Source: Flectonema sp. DT1601 (Eukaryota). Taken from it: a stretch of DNA of 64,000 nt. A program made the translations under genes and the position numbers. The notes under the pieces were generated by a model. That model did no database searches. It was not told where the DNA came from and saw nothing but the letters and a program-made list of their open reading frames with translations. The stretch spans positions 310,001-374,000 of the forward strand of contig OZ025781.1 in assembly GCA_964019425.1 (NCBI GenBank), written 5' to 3'. This document shows, piece by piece, positions 21,604 to 32,731 of this stretch; the first letter of the stretch is position 1; each line of letters starts with the position of its first letter.

Positions 21604-24600
21604 TCAGCGAATATCGACAGGATTTGGCTGCGGAATAATCTTGTTTGCAATAAAAAACTCATGAACTACACGTGACCTGAGAAGATCAAGAGTAGATAAA
21701 GTCCTAACATCGTAAATAGTCACAAATCCCAACTGAGACCTATGGATAATCTGACGCTTTATATTAATGAACTGCGTCGGAGTGATGTGATTTTCTGAAC
21801 ACAACGTACGCTCAGCAGACTGCAGCTTATCATAATCATCTCTACTTGTCGTATCCAACGGTTCACCCCACTGCATGGTTGGTGGTGCATCTGGAGGGGC
21901 TCCCTTTCTGACTTCAGCTATTTTTCTCCACTCATCTTTATTGCATAACAGTCTTTGAAGGACCACTACCCAAGCTTCCCAATCAGAGTCTGTTTCGGCA
22001 ACGACATCCCAGGTCTTACCCTTCTTGAATTCTAAAGAAAACGATCTGTAACAATACGAACTAATATTATTAGGAGTGATAGTACCAGTTGGAGCAGCAT
22101 TGTATGCTCCGTTGATGTCGTGAATAAGTTCACATGGTCTGACTGCTCTGTGAGTTCTGTTTGATTCAAAATTCTTAAAATTTGGAGTGTACTGCCCAAG
22201 GATAATTCTCTTAATATCCTTAAGGAACGCAGTAGTTGTTGGTCTACGTCTGCTTACTAACTCACCAGCTTCGTTTAACTCACAGGAGTGAATCTTTTTT
22301 CTACAGTCTGAAACATAAAGATACCTACGACGTTCAGTTCCTCTGATCTTAACCATTCGACAACCATTCTCTAAATATTGAATTACTTGCTCGAGAAGAG
22401 ATTCAAGATGCTTTTCTTTTTTAAGAGCATCAGCCATTTGATCTTTCTTTACTCGATTGTGTTGTTCGTTAATTCGAGAGCGGTATTGAGTGGTGGCTTT
22501 TTCGAGTTCGTCTTTCTTCTTTTGTTCGCGAGATAATTTCATTTCGAATTTGATACGTTCTTCATCAAACCATGCTTCGAGTTTCTCCTTTTTACGGTTG
22601 TCAGAATCTTGAGGGGCCTTACCATTATCTTCTAACGAGATCATCGTACCAAGAATCGAATCTAACTTACGAATTTCGTCTTTAACGAAATCTTCATCTT
22701 CCGTGTCTTCTTGTTTTGGTCTACCACTCTCAGCTCTAAGCTTGTCTAGCTCTCTTACTAATTGGAGAGCCTTTTCGTTTGTTTGTCTTATTTCCGCTAC
22801 CCATTTTTCACGTTGGTGAACTCTGTCTTGTGCGACTTTTTCGCGTTTAGCTTTGGCTTCCATTCGACTCTTGAGAATTAGTTCTCTTCCTTTGCTGTGA
22901 TCTTTCGATAAAAGTTCAAGTTGCTCTTTTTGTTTTGCAATTAGTGTTCTTCTTTCATCCAACTGTACTTCAATTTGTTGAATTTCTTTTCGAAGTTTTT
23001 CAGTCTTTTCTTCTTCGTCTTGTCTCTTCTTACGAACTTTTTCTAATTGTTTTTCAAATTCTTTTATTTTCGTTTCTCTTTGTTTGTTAAGCTCCGCGTT
23101 TTGCTTTGTTTTTTCACTTAACATTTTCTCTAATTTTTGAATATTTTGATTGGTTTTTTTCTGTTCCTCATCAATATATTGCGTGGCTTCCTTGTTAGCC
23201 TGTATTGTAGTTATGTTGTAGGTGAAATGATCAGCGTAAATTTAAAATATAAAAAATAATGATTTCATACCAAGAGTCGCATGCTCTCAATTTGTTCTTT
23301 TCTCTCCTTCTCACGCTTTGATTCTATGGAATGAATTCGTTTTGCTTCTTCCTCCTGCAGTTAGATTTGTTTATAGTTGTTTTTTTTTTTTTTTTTTTTT
23401 TTGTTATGTAAATTTGGTACAAACCTTTATGTTTTGTACAGCTTTCGGTTGATTGTAGATGACAGGTTTATAACCGTGAACAGTCCTAACAATTTCCTGT
23501 TATGATTATAGTTAAGTTTTGTTTTTATTTATTTTTTGTACTTTAGTGAGTAGAAGTTTTTTACACACCAATTCATCCTTTAGTTCGACGATGTCTTGCT
23601 CGAGTCTCCAACGTTCGATTGCGAGATCACGTGATGCAGGTCCTACGGATGACCCACCAATAACGTTAACGATACGCTTAGCAAATACTAAACTGTGGTA
23701 GGATTCTTCTGCTGCTTTACCATCTGAAAACGTGTTGAGAACCATTAAACTAAAAGTAGGTTTATTAGCATTATTGTGAGGATTCTTTTTTTCAGAATTG
23801 TAAGCTCTCTTTAACAAATGCATCAGACGACACTTTCCAAACGGAACTCGAAGTCGTTTGCAACGAATTGCACCTAAGACTCCAACGATAGCGCTGAGTG
23901 TTTTTTGTTGTTCCTCGTAGTTGGCTAAGGTGCCTTGATCGATTCCACAAAGAGCAGGTCGTTCAGAATCACCTAAGACTACGAAAGTGATTGAATTGCG
24001 CTCGAGATCTTCCTGGAGATCGACGTGAACACCAACTTCATCTTCATCGTCGTCGTGTTTTTCCTCATCATCAAACAGCCTAACTGAAAACATTACATTC
24101 TCTGGTTGATATTTCGGAAACGGCTCAGATTCTTCTGGAAGATTAATCACTTCATTAAAATGCTCCGTATAATTATCATTTATCGTTTGCAATATTTCTT
24201 GTAATTCAGTCCACTTTGTGAATGATCTCTCGGTTACACCAGAGACGACTGGGGGACCTTTTAATGATTCTCTCATTATTCCAGCATCATTCGACAGGTT
24301 TAATAAATCAGTTATATTCTTACCATTGCCCATCGTATAACAGGTTGCTTTGTACGTGAAATTTGGGAATTCTGGGTGGCTGGTCATGTCTTTCAGAACC
24401 GTGTATGCCACACCAGCTTTATAATTTCCCTTGTCTCCAAACATAAGTTGTCTTTTCGGAGTTGCACGTTTTCCTCCAAAATATATGACCGCGTTTTGAC
24501 GGTCGAGAAGAGCAGCTCCAACATCTGCCAAGTGAGTTTTGTATAACATTTCGGAATTTGGATTTTGATGAACATTATCAAAAGCGAATTTTGTTTCACC

Positions 24601-24729
24601 GTGAGGAAAGCCAGCATCTCGTAATCCTTTTGGTGCCTCAAAAGAAATGGATTCGGAAGTAGCAGTTAAACATTTTCCTCCCACTTCCTTTTGTGGGTCA
24701 TGGACACAAGCTACGAGTCCAATATCCAT
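21604..24729 (-). CDS. 970-aa pseudokinesin + coiled coil + PH domain + SWIRM/HTH-like protein (kinetoplastid PH1-like); exons 23569-24729, 23425-23496, 23271-23354, 21604-23199
   Basis: Three phase-0 introns (23497-23568, 23355-23424, 23200-23270) fuse two ORFs. Kinesin fold remnants FAFDNV, ITDLL, LGDSERP, RVPF, EESYHSLVFAKR. PH features YLENGCRMVK and SDWEAWVVVL. C-terminal ERTLCSENHITPTQFINIK. Confidence 0.85.
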
Positions 24730-25071
24730 CTTGCGTACTGAGTTAGGAGAGATAATATGTTTAGTGATGTTGTAATACATGTTAGAACTAGGAGATAAAA
24801 CAAAAAACCTCAACACAATTAGAATACATTAAGGGTACCTGTTTTTTATGAAAAATAAGTGAGTAGCTTGGAAAAAAAACATAAAAACACCATTCTTGCA
24901 TGGAAAACACAACCCTAGGCTGGGGAAATGTGAACGTAAAGTGTAACTAACTAGGCCATACAGGCACTGTGAAAGCATTGTGTAAGTTACAAAGCACAAT
25001 AGTGTGCTTAATTCTAAAAGGCGTGACTATGAGTCACTCTGATATTAAACTTCTCTCATACTGGAGGACAC

Positions 25072-26580
25072 TTAGGGTTCCTGAGCTTTTTCATTTTCGG
25101 CACTTGTGCCTTCATCGGTTTTTTTGTTGTTATCTTCTTCGTCAGGGTTTGTAGTTTTGTTGTCATCCTCCGGACTTGGAACGTGAGAAGTTTTTTTGTT
25201 GCAAACTACCGTGTCAGAAGATAGCTTGCAACACGTGTAGTAGTACGGTGAGAAGGTTTTGGTTTTGCAGAGTGCTCCTCCACCAGCAGAGCCCATGAGA
25301 AGACCAATTTCACAACCAAGAATGTTTGGATGCATTGGGTTGAATTCCCAATCGCTGAGGGAACCTCCAGCGAGATGCCATGGAACATGTGGTGGATAGT
25401 AGTGTAGTCCTAGACCAGCATCCATGGCTCTATTTGACCCGGATAGAGCTGATGCTAGGGTTGCTGATCCTTTTGTTTTTGCTGCTGCAGCAGCACCAGT
25501 TTTGGCAAATATTCCTACAGCTGCCCCCACTGTAGATCCTATTATCGCCCCTCCTAATAAACCTAAAGCAACATTCCTAACTATTAACATTTTATCAAGT
25601 TCGACTTCTTCTAAATGAGAACCTTTGATGCAAGCATCATCACCATTGAAATCAACGGGATATTCTTCTTCACATCTGTGACATTTCTTTATTTGAAATT
25701 GATGTTTTCCTGTATCATGACTCTTTAAATCAGGACCAAATAACTTCTCTGAACGACCTCCTCTAAGCCTGTCTGCTTTTCCAGTAACATGCATCGGATC
25801 TAGAGGCAACTTATCAGTGGTGTCATTGGCTATTCCTATTGAGGATGCTCCAGGCATTCCTTTTGCAGGGGGTTCAAAAAGTGGTTTATTACCTGGAGGT
25901 CGATGAGGATTATTTTTATACTGCACCTCAATTTCTAAACTGCAACGTTCTCCAGTTGGATCTACGAAAGGGAGCGTAGCTCGTTTTCGTTTATCATCTT
26001 GGTAGGATAGTTCAACTTTTATGGTGGCGACTTTAGTGATGGCGGTGTTTACAGTTGCGGATCTGACCCGGCTTGATATTACCAATTCAAGAACAGACCT
26101 TCCCTGTTTATGATTTGATTTGGGTTGTTGAGCTGTTCCTAAGATTAGTAGCGGGATAGTAAAATATTCTTTCCAAACAACTTTACCTGCTCCAGGGTGT
26201 CTCCAGTGACTAGATCCACCCCCCTCACGTGACCCTTTGAGAGAGACGTAAGTCCATGCTACGGAGTATATTTTAGTCTCTGCTACTGCGGATGACGGAA
26301 TTTTACAGCTGTCGATATATAAAAACATCGCAGTGTCGAGTAGTGTCGTTGATATTATTTTGTTGTTAGTTGGTTCCCATGACATCTCTGAGCAAGTTTG
26401 AACGCTCTTTCGTCCTTCAACACAAGCTGTGGCAGCAGCAATCATCACAACTGCGAGAGGAAGTTCTGCATCTGGTTTATCATCATTGTCATCATCAGAG
26501 TCTGCTTGTGCGTCTTCCCCTTCACAATCACCTTCTGGTTTTCCATCGTTAGTCTCTGTTGGTTCTTTGTTAGCACCCAT
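25072..26580 (-). CDS. Hypothetical 502-aa protein with C2-like region, glycine-zipper TM segment and Cys/His cluster
   Basis: Long ORF. C2-like VVWKEYFTIP...LELVI. Gly-zipper LGLLGGAIIGSTVGAAVG. Cys/His motifs CHRC...C...H and TCC...C...H. Confidence 0.65.
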   Translation of the reverse strand: MGANKEPTETNDGKPEGDCEGEDAQADSDDDNDDKPDAELPLAVVMIAAATACVEGRKSVQTCSEMSWEPTNNKIISTTLLDTAMFLYIDSCKIPSSAVAETKIYSVAWTYVSLKGSREGGGSSHWRHPGAGKVVWKEYFTIPLLILGTAQQPKSNHKQGRSVLELVISSRVRSATVNTAITKVATIKVELSYQDDKRKRATLPFVDPTGERCSLEIEVQYKNNPHRPPGNKPLFEPPAKGMPGASSIGIANDTTDKLPLDPMHVTGKADRLRGGRSEKLFGPDLKSHDTGKHQFQIKKCHRCEEEYPVDFNGDDACIKGSHLEEVELDKMLIVRNVALGLLGGAIIGSTVGAAVGIFAKTGAAAAAKTKGSATLASALSGSNRAMDAGLGLHYYPPHVPWHLAGGSLSDWEFNPMHPNILGCEIGLLMGSAGGGALCKTKTFSPYYYTCCKLSSDTVVCNKKTSHVPSPEDDNKTTNPDEEDNNKKTDEGTSAENEKAQEP

Positions 26581-27115
26581 CTTTTGTTGTTGGAACTGAT
26601 TTATAATGATAAATTATCTAGACAATTCATAATAGGTCATTAAGAACGGTGATTGATTGACTGCCGAAGGGAGTCACAAACACCCGATCATATGAGTAGG
26701 CTGCAACAAAAATATAGAAGCCACCAATACAAAAAAAAAATTTTAAAAAATTGTAATCTCATGAGGAACGCAGCAGCAATCCTATTTTTTTGATTCTGTT
26801 ACTCTGATTGGTGTGTGTTTTTTTTTTTTTTTTTAAATATCTTTTTCCATGTCATTTTTTTCTTTCTTTTCTTTTTTTTTTTCTTTTCTTTCCTTCGATC
26901 GACGAAATCATTTAACCGTTTTAGGCATAAACACTATGTAGTATCGAAAATCCCCCCTCTTAACATTTTCGTTCCCAAGTAAATAAATAAAATAAAAAAA
27001 ATTAAAAAATTAAATAACATCACCAGTAACAATGCTGAAAACGATGTATAATAAAGACTGATACGTAAAGTAGTTTATAAAAAAAATAAAGAAAAAAAAA
27101 ATAAGAAAAATCGAC

Positions 27116-27718
27116 CTATGCGAGTTTTTCAAGATCACCGAGGAAGTGCATGTAAGAAGTTTGCTCTAGGAGAGTGCAGTGATTCATGAGGAATTCAGCT
27201 AACGAATCATTGACTCCGACGGTGTCAAGGACTTCCAATACTTTGTTTGGAATGTCAGTGTTTTCTAAGTCGCTCACGTCTGGTCCTTCGTATCTGTTGC
27301 TTCTTTCATTCTCAGCTTCCGCAGTCAAATCCGTAGCAGTTGATTTCTTGTCGTATGTGGTCATTCCATCCAGAACGAGACCTTTTCCCTCAGTGAATGT
27401 GAGTGAAAAGTCAGCAGTAATTCCATTCTTAGTCAAGTACGCAGTAAATTCTAAACGTTCTTCTTCGTGTCCTTTAAACTCAACGTCGACTAGAACTTCA
27501 GTTTCACCCGTCTTTGATGACATTCTGAAGTATCCATCTCCTGATTTGTAATGTTCTTGCCATCCCGCTGGAGCTGCTATTTTGTCCATCGAATCGTAGA
27601 ACTGTTGTTCGTCTTTGAGTTCTTCAGTGACAGTGTTGCTCAAAAATCTAGTTGGTTGCCACTTAGCCATTGGGGTCCTGACCGCGGCTCTCATAACTTT
27701 TCCGGAAAATCTCATCAT
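27116..27718 (-). CDS. Mitochondrial acidic matrix glycoprotein, MAM33/p32/p22 family (copy A)
   Basis: Presequence MMRFSGKVMRAAVR. Family motifs RYEGPDVSDL, GVNDSLAEFL, EQTSYMHFL. 200 aa. Confidence 0.9.
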   Translation of the reverse strand: MMRFSGKVMRAAVRTPMAKWQPTRFLSNTVTEELKDEQQFYDSMDKIAAPAGWQEHYKSGDGYFRMSSKTGETEVLVDVEFKGHEEERLEFTAYLTKNGITADFSLTFTEGKGLVLDGMTTYDKKSTATDLTAEAENERSNRYEGPDVSDLENTDIPNKVLEVLDTVGVNDSLAEFLMNHCTLLEQTSYMHFLGDLEKLA

Positions 27719-28189
27719 TTTTTTGTATAGGATACGTTCAATAGCTGAATTTGAGTAAATTGATTCTTTTTTTTTTCGAAGACCCAAAACAACAGGCCAA
27801 TAGGGACCTGATTATTATTATAATTCATCCCTCAGCTGTTCACACGAAAACTATTGCAACACACTGTACTAAATAAATAAATTAACTTCCAAAAGATATT
27901 CTACTAGTTAAGATCAAGCCAAAAGTAACTGCTCAAAGCTACAAAAACAGCTTTCAAATATCACTTTATAGATTATTGTTGTTATTCTTTTTTCTTTTTT
28001 ATTTTTTTTTTTCCCATTCCTTCATTTCCATATACACATCAAAAAACAGCCAATATTCTCTGATGGTTTTTCGTATAAATGAGGGACAAGGATGATTATT
28101 CTGGAGTTGTTTGTTTGGTTAGACCGAAAAAAAAAAAATAAATAAATAAATAAGTCAGCGAATATGTTTCTAAGTAGAATCGGGTTAGC

Positions 28190-28792
28190 TTATGCAATTT
28201 TAGCAAGATCACCGAGGAAGTTAATGTAAGTGGTCTGCTCTAGGAGATCACAGTTCTTTAGTAAGTATGTACCCAGGGTGTTGTTAACACCAACGGAGTC
28301 GAGGATTTCTAAAACTTTCTCAGGAATGCTGGTATCGGATAAGTCAGCAACGTCTGGTCCTTCGTATCTGTTGCTTCTTTCATTCTCAGCTTCCGCAGTC
28401 AAATCCGTAGCAGTTGATTTCTTGTCGTATGTGGTCATTGCTCTCAAGACAAGACCTCCTTCCTCAGTGAAATCCAAAGAGAAATCACCAGTAATTCCAT
28501 TCTTAGTCAAGTACGCAGTAAATTCTAAACGTTCTTCTTCGTGTCCTTTAAACTCAACGTCGACTAGAACTTCAGTTTCACCCGTCTTTGATGACATTCT
28601 GAAGTATCCATCTCCTGATTTGTAATGTTCTTCCCATCCCGCTGGAGCTGTTACTTTTTCCATTGCGCTGTAGAATTCCTGTTCGTCTTTGAGTTCTTCA
28701 GTGACAGTGTTGCTCAAAAATCTAGTTGGTTGCCACTTAGCCATTGGGGTCCTAACCGCGGCTCTCATAACTCTTCCGGAAAATCTCATCAT
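28190..28792 (-). CDS. Mitochondrial acidic matrix glycoprotein, MAM33/p32/p22 family (copy B)
   Basis: Tandem paralogue of 27116-27718 with the same length and motifs (YEGPDVADL, EQTTYINFL). Confidence 0.9.
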   Translation of the reverse strand: MMRFSGRVMRAAVRTPMAKWQPTRFLSNTVTEELKDEQEFYSAMEKVTAPAGWEEHYKSGDGYFRMSSKTGETEVLVDVEFKGHEEERLEFTAYLTKNGITGDFSLDFTEEGGLVLRAMTTYDKKSTATDLTAEAENERSNRYEGPDVADLSDTSIPEKVLEILDSVGVNNTLGTYLLKNCDLLEQTTYINFLGDLAKIA

Positions 28793-29385
28793 TTTATTCT
28801 AATCGATGTTTTCTTTTTTTTTTTAACTAAAAAAGAAAAAGAAAAAAAAATGAAATCATATCTACCACATAAGAACATAAAATCCATCGTAGTCTTGATT
28901 CCTATTTAAAGAGAAGAAACAAATGAGAAATAACAATCAACAAAATACATTCTGTTGGGGGTTGCACAGTTTAGGCAAAGACTCAAAATGTGTAAATATA
29001 TAACTTATATCACAAAAAAAAAACACAGCTCCAAGAAAAGCTCACTGTGCGTATAAAATAAGCAAACACAGTTCTAAAGAACAATATAGTGAGGAAAATA
29101 CGATTAAAAAAGAAAAACTTTCAGATAAAGCAGCCTTTTTTTTTGATTGCAGACAGTATTACTGGGCGCACAGGGAAAAATTAAATAACATTTTGAACAC
29201 AATAAATAAAACGGCTCATAATTTGAAAAAAAAAGAAGAGGGAAAAAAAATGATCGGGGAAAAGGCGAGGGAGTTGGGTAAAAGAAATTTATTAAAAAAA
29301 ATTTATGCCTAATTTTTTTTTTATCTAATCTCCAACAAAAGACATAACTCTCTATTGCTATAAACAAAAGAGAATATTGTACTTT

Positions 29386-29419
<34 letters not shown>

Positions 29420-29830
29420 TCCCACTCAGTGGACTTGTTAAACGAAAAGAAAGAAAGGGTAAATTGATTCTCTTGTGAGATCTGAGTCAAAGTGTTGTTG
29501 TTAGCATAGCTCACGTTTACAAAATAAAAATACCTTCAGGCACCTCTTGACGATTATGTAAAAATTAAAACCTAAAAAGGAAAGGGAAACGGCACTGCAA
29601 ATAGTCATACGCTTGGGTAGTAAGCAATGTCAATATGAAAAACGAAAAGAAAAATTTAAAAAATAAAAAATAAAAATAAAAATCACACACACACACACAA
29701 AACAAAACAAAATAAAACTAAAAAAACATTCTATTTGGTCACCACGCACATCGGCAAACACATACTGAACAAGACAGCTAAAACAGACGAATAATTGGTG
29801 CAGTGCAAGGGCACCGTGTAAATAAGTGAT

Positions 29831-32209
29831 TTATATATGTAGATGACCGTCTCCTCTCTTCATCGCAGCTTCCTTTTTTGCTAGTTCAGCAATATGCCGA
29901 GTTGCCAACTGAAAAGAGTACAGGGAAAGGCTATCGTCTTGCTGAGGACGTTTTAAAAATTCTTTTAATTTATTGGCGGGTGAGGCTTCTGAAAATACCG
30001 ATTCTTCATCTTCAGAACATTGTAATTCTTCTTGCAAGAAGTTAATGTCAGTGGGGTTGATGCTGTACACAGCTGATCTTTCCTTGAAATTATTCTTTGT
30101 AAGGTCTGGTTTGTATGGAGCCTGTGAGTAAAGAATAGTCGTCCAATCGATCGGTTCTAAAAACGGATGTTCTTTTATTTCCTGAATTCTACTCTCAGGT
30201 GAGAATTGCAATAATTTATCAATCAAATCGGTAGTCTGTTTCGATACCCCAGGATTATCATAGCTGACTCGCAGTATATTATCAAATGTCTGTTGGGCGG
30301 TATCAGCTGCAAACGGAGGACACCCGGTTACAAATTCATAAAGAAGTACTCCCAAAGACCAATAATCTGCCATCTTATCACTATGCTCACCAAGTATAAT
30401 TTCAGGAGCGACATAGTCTGGAGTTCCACCGCCTTTGTCAGTTCTTTGAGAAGAGTGTTTCGGTGTTCCATAACAATATTGAAAAGCATTGTCTGTTTTA
30501 CTTATGATTGTATCAAGAATGAATCCAACGCCTATGTCAGAAAGTCCAAAGTCTGTTAATTTAATATGACCCGTATCACACAATAATATATTATCTGGTT
30601 TTAAATCTCTGTGTACGATCGACATAGAATGAAGGTATTCCAAGGCTAAAAAAACTTCGGCGATGTAGAATCTTGCGGTAACTTCATCAAATGATTCTAC
30701 TCGCTCTAATAAAGAAAACAGATCACCTCCAGGCATGTATTCCATTGCTAAGTATAAGTATTTCGTACTCGCAAAAGAATAGTGTAATTTCACTATTTGA
30801 CTTGATTGGGTGAACGCCATTACGTTTCTTTCATTTAGTAATTTCTGAGTCATCTTTCGAGAAATCACATCAGATTTTGATATTACCTTCAACGCGTAGT
30901 GGTCTTGACTAGTTTTCTTTTCGACTAAAAAAACTCTACCGAAAGTTCCTCTGGCAATGACACCCTTAATGTTGAAATCCGTTATAGAAACCGACGTTGA
31001 TACTCGCAACCTGCTGATATCAACCAGTTCACTTGGTGACATGACGTTAGCCGCAACTTCCAGTAACTCTGCTGCGGAAATGCAAGCATCGCGAGCAGAT
31101 TCTATTAGTTTGCAGAACTCAGTATCAGTCTCTGAAAGTGCGTGTTTGGCCGTATTAGTACATAAAGTGTGAAGCTGGTTAACAGTACTCCACGCATTGT
31201 TAGGATGCCTTTCACACGCAACTTGTCTACACTTGTCAAGAACTCTCGTTAATAATTCAATCTTCTCATGTTGAACAGTCGTTTTTGATCTTTGATGTCG
31301 CAGTGTTGATCTTTTTAACTGCGCCATGACGTGATCCAATACCATCATATTAGTTAATCGTTCTCCACAGACTTCTGTGTGTAGTTCGATTCTCTCTGAA
31401 GGAATCATTACTTCACATATTCGGCATAAAATGTGGGAATTCGGTGACGAACGTGTTTTCTTAAATTTCAAAACTGACAAACACCGAGCGCTAAGACAAG
31501 ACAAGGGAGTCTTGGGAGAACAATTGTGAGGAATCCTGTTGGAAGAACTGCAAACCGGATCAACGTGATACATATCAAGTGGTGGTGGTACAGGATAGAC
31601 TTTTTTCATCCTTGACGGAGGCAGAGGTGCTTGTGCTGAAACCGGACTCGGAAGACCACATTTTAATGCTTTTGGTGTCGCATATTGATCCAGATGAAAG
31701 TCTTCTTCCATTGGAGACACGAATCCAGTATCTAATTTTGGCCATGAATTACCCCTGGATAATTTACCTTTTCCGACAAACATCAACGTTGAAAGATGAT
31801 GGACCCCAAAAAACAATCTAAACTTACGCGTAAAAGATCCATAAATGATCAATAATCGTCTAACGATGACTGTAATGTCAGGGTCTTTACATGTCCTTCT
31901 TAAAAAATAGATTTGATTTCTTCTAGTGCTGAAAGATTCGTTGTTACCGTTAACTAGCTTTCGTATGCTCATGTCTTTAAGGAATAAAACTACTCCTTGT
32001 AAGATTCGTATTGTGTCGTTTAGTTTTTTATCTTTAAATATGGTTGAGGGAAGACCATCTATATCTGTGAGTAGTTTTTCAAGCATTTGATCAAAAGCTT
32101 CCTTCACTGTCTTAAACTTACTTAAAGCTATCGTCAGAGCTGCTGCATACTCTGGTGTCAGATCACTGAATGGTTGAAAACTGTCGGCTGCATCGGAAAC
32201 ATCCTCCAT
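29831..32209 (-). CDS. AGC Ser/Thr kinase, IRE/MAST/Rim15-Greatwall group, with a C2HC zinc finger
   Basis: Kinase motifs ARGTFGRV, YALKVI, MEYMPGGDL, HRDLKPDN, KLTDFGLS, GTPDYVAPE. Upstream CRICEVMIPSERIELHTEVC finger typical of IRE/Rim15. Confidence 0.9.
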   Translation of the reverse strand: MEDVSDAADSFQPFSDLTPEYAAALTIALSKFKTVKEAFDQMLEKLLTDIDGLPSTIFKDKKLNDTIRILQGVVLFLKDMSIRKLVNGNNESFSTRRNQIYFLRRTCKDPDITVIVRRLLIIYGSFTRKFRLFFGVHHLSTLMFVGKGKLSRGNSWPKLDTGFVSPMEEDFHLDQYATPKALKCGLPSPVSAQAPLPPSRMKKVYPVPPPLDMYHVDPVCSSSNRIPHNCSPKTPLSCLSARCLSVLKFKKTRSSPNSHILCRICEVMIPSERIELHTEVCGERLTNMMVLDHVMAQLKRSTLRHQRSKTTVQHEKIELLTRVLDKCRQVACERHPNNAWSTVNQLHTLCTNTAKHALSETDTEFCKLIESARDACISAAELLEVAANVMSPSELVDISRLRVSTSVSITDFNIKGVIARGTFGRVFLVEKKTSQDHYALKVISKSDVISRKMTQKLLNERNVMAFTQSSQIVKLHYSFASTKYLYLAMEYMPGGDLFSLLERVESFDEVTARFYIAEVFLALEYLHSMSIVHRDLKPDNILLCDTGHIKLTDFGLSDIGVGFILDTIISKTDNAFQYCYGTPKHSSQRTDKGGGTPDYVAPEIILGEHSDKMADYWSLGVLLYEFVTGCPPFAADTAQQTFDNILRVSYDNPGVSKQTTDLIDKLLQFSPESRIQEIKEHPFLEPIDWTTILYSQAPYKPDLTKNNFKERSAVYSINPTDINFLQEELQCSEDEESVFSEASPANKLKEFLKRPQQDDSLSLYSFQLATRHIAELAKKEAAMKRGDGHLHI

Positions 32210-32604
32210 TTTTTTTTTTTTTTTTTTTTTTGTATTATACTAACAATAGGTCGTGTTTACAATTTTCAATAGTGTTTACTGTGTTTTCTCAATTTTTTTT
32301 TTCTTTTTTCTAAATTTTCTGCATACCTTTCTTTAAAGAAAAAAAAAGAAGGGGAAAAAAAAATGCAAATAGCTAAATGACATTATTATTTATTATTATT
32401 TTTTTTTTTTTCTTTAAAAAAGATCGCGTGCTGTCACAGTGACTTTTTTTTAAAATAAAACAAAAATATCTGTGCTCTAGTTTTTTTGTTTGTATGTTTG
32501 TAAACCAAAATCTATTTTTCAACTTTTTATTTTTTTAAAAAAAAAACCACAACACACAGGACTGTTAGCAATCTAGAATTAGACTGGACTACGTGTGTTA
32601 ATAT

Positions 32605-32641
<37 letters not shown>

Positions 32642-32731
32642 ACAACTGCGTTACTATAAAATCTAATGTAATCTAAGAAAAGGGGAATTAGGATATGGAG
32701 AGGAACGTAAACTTATAAAATGAATCTAGAC

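Noticed and set aside
21604..24816. Split ORFs read as pseudogenes or programmed frameshifts (also FG-GAP, RPL15, SERCA)
   Set aside because: Each break is explained exactly by a GT-AG intron restoring the frame.
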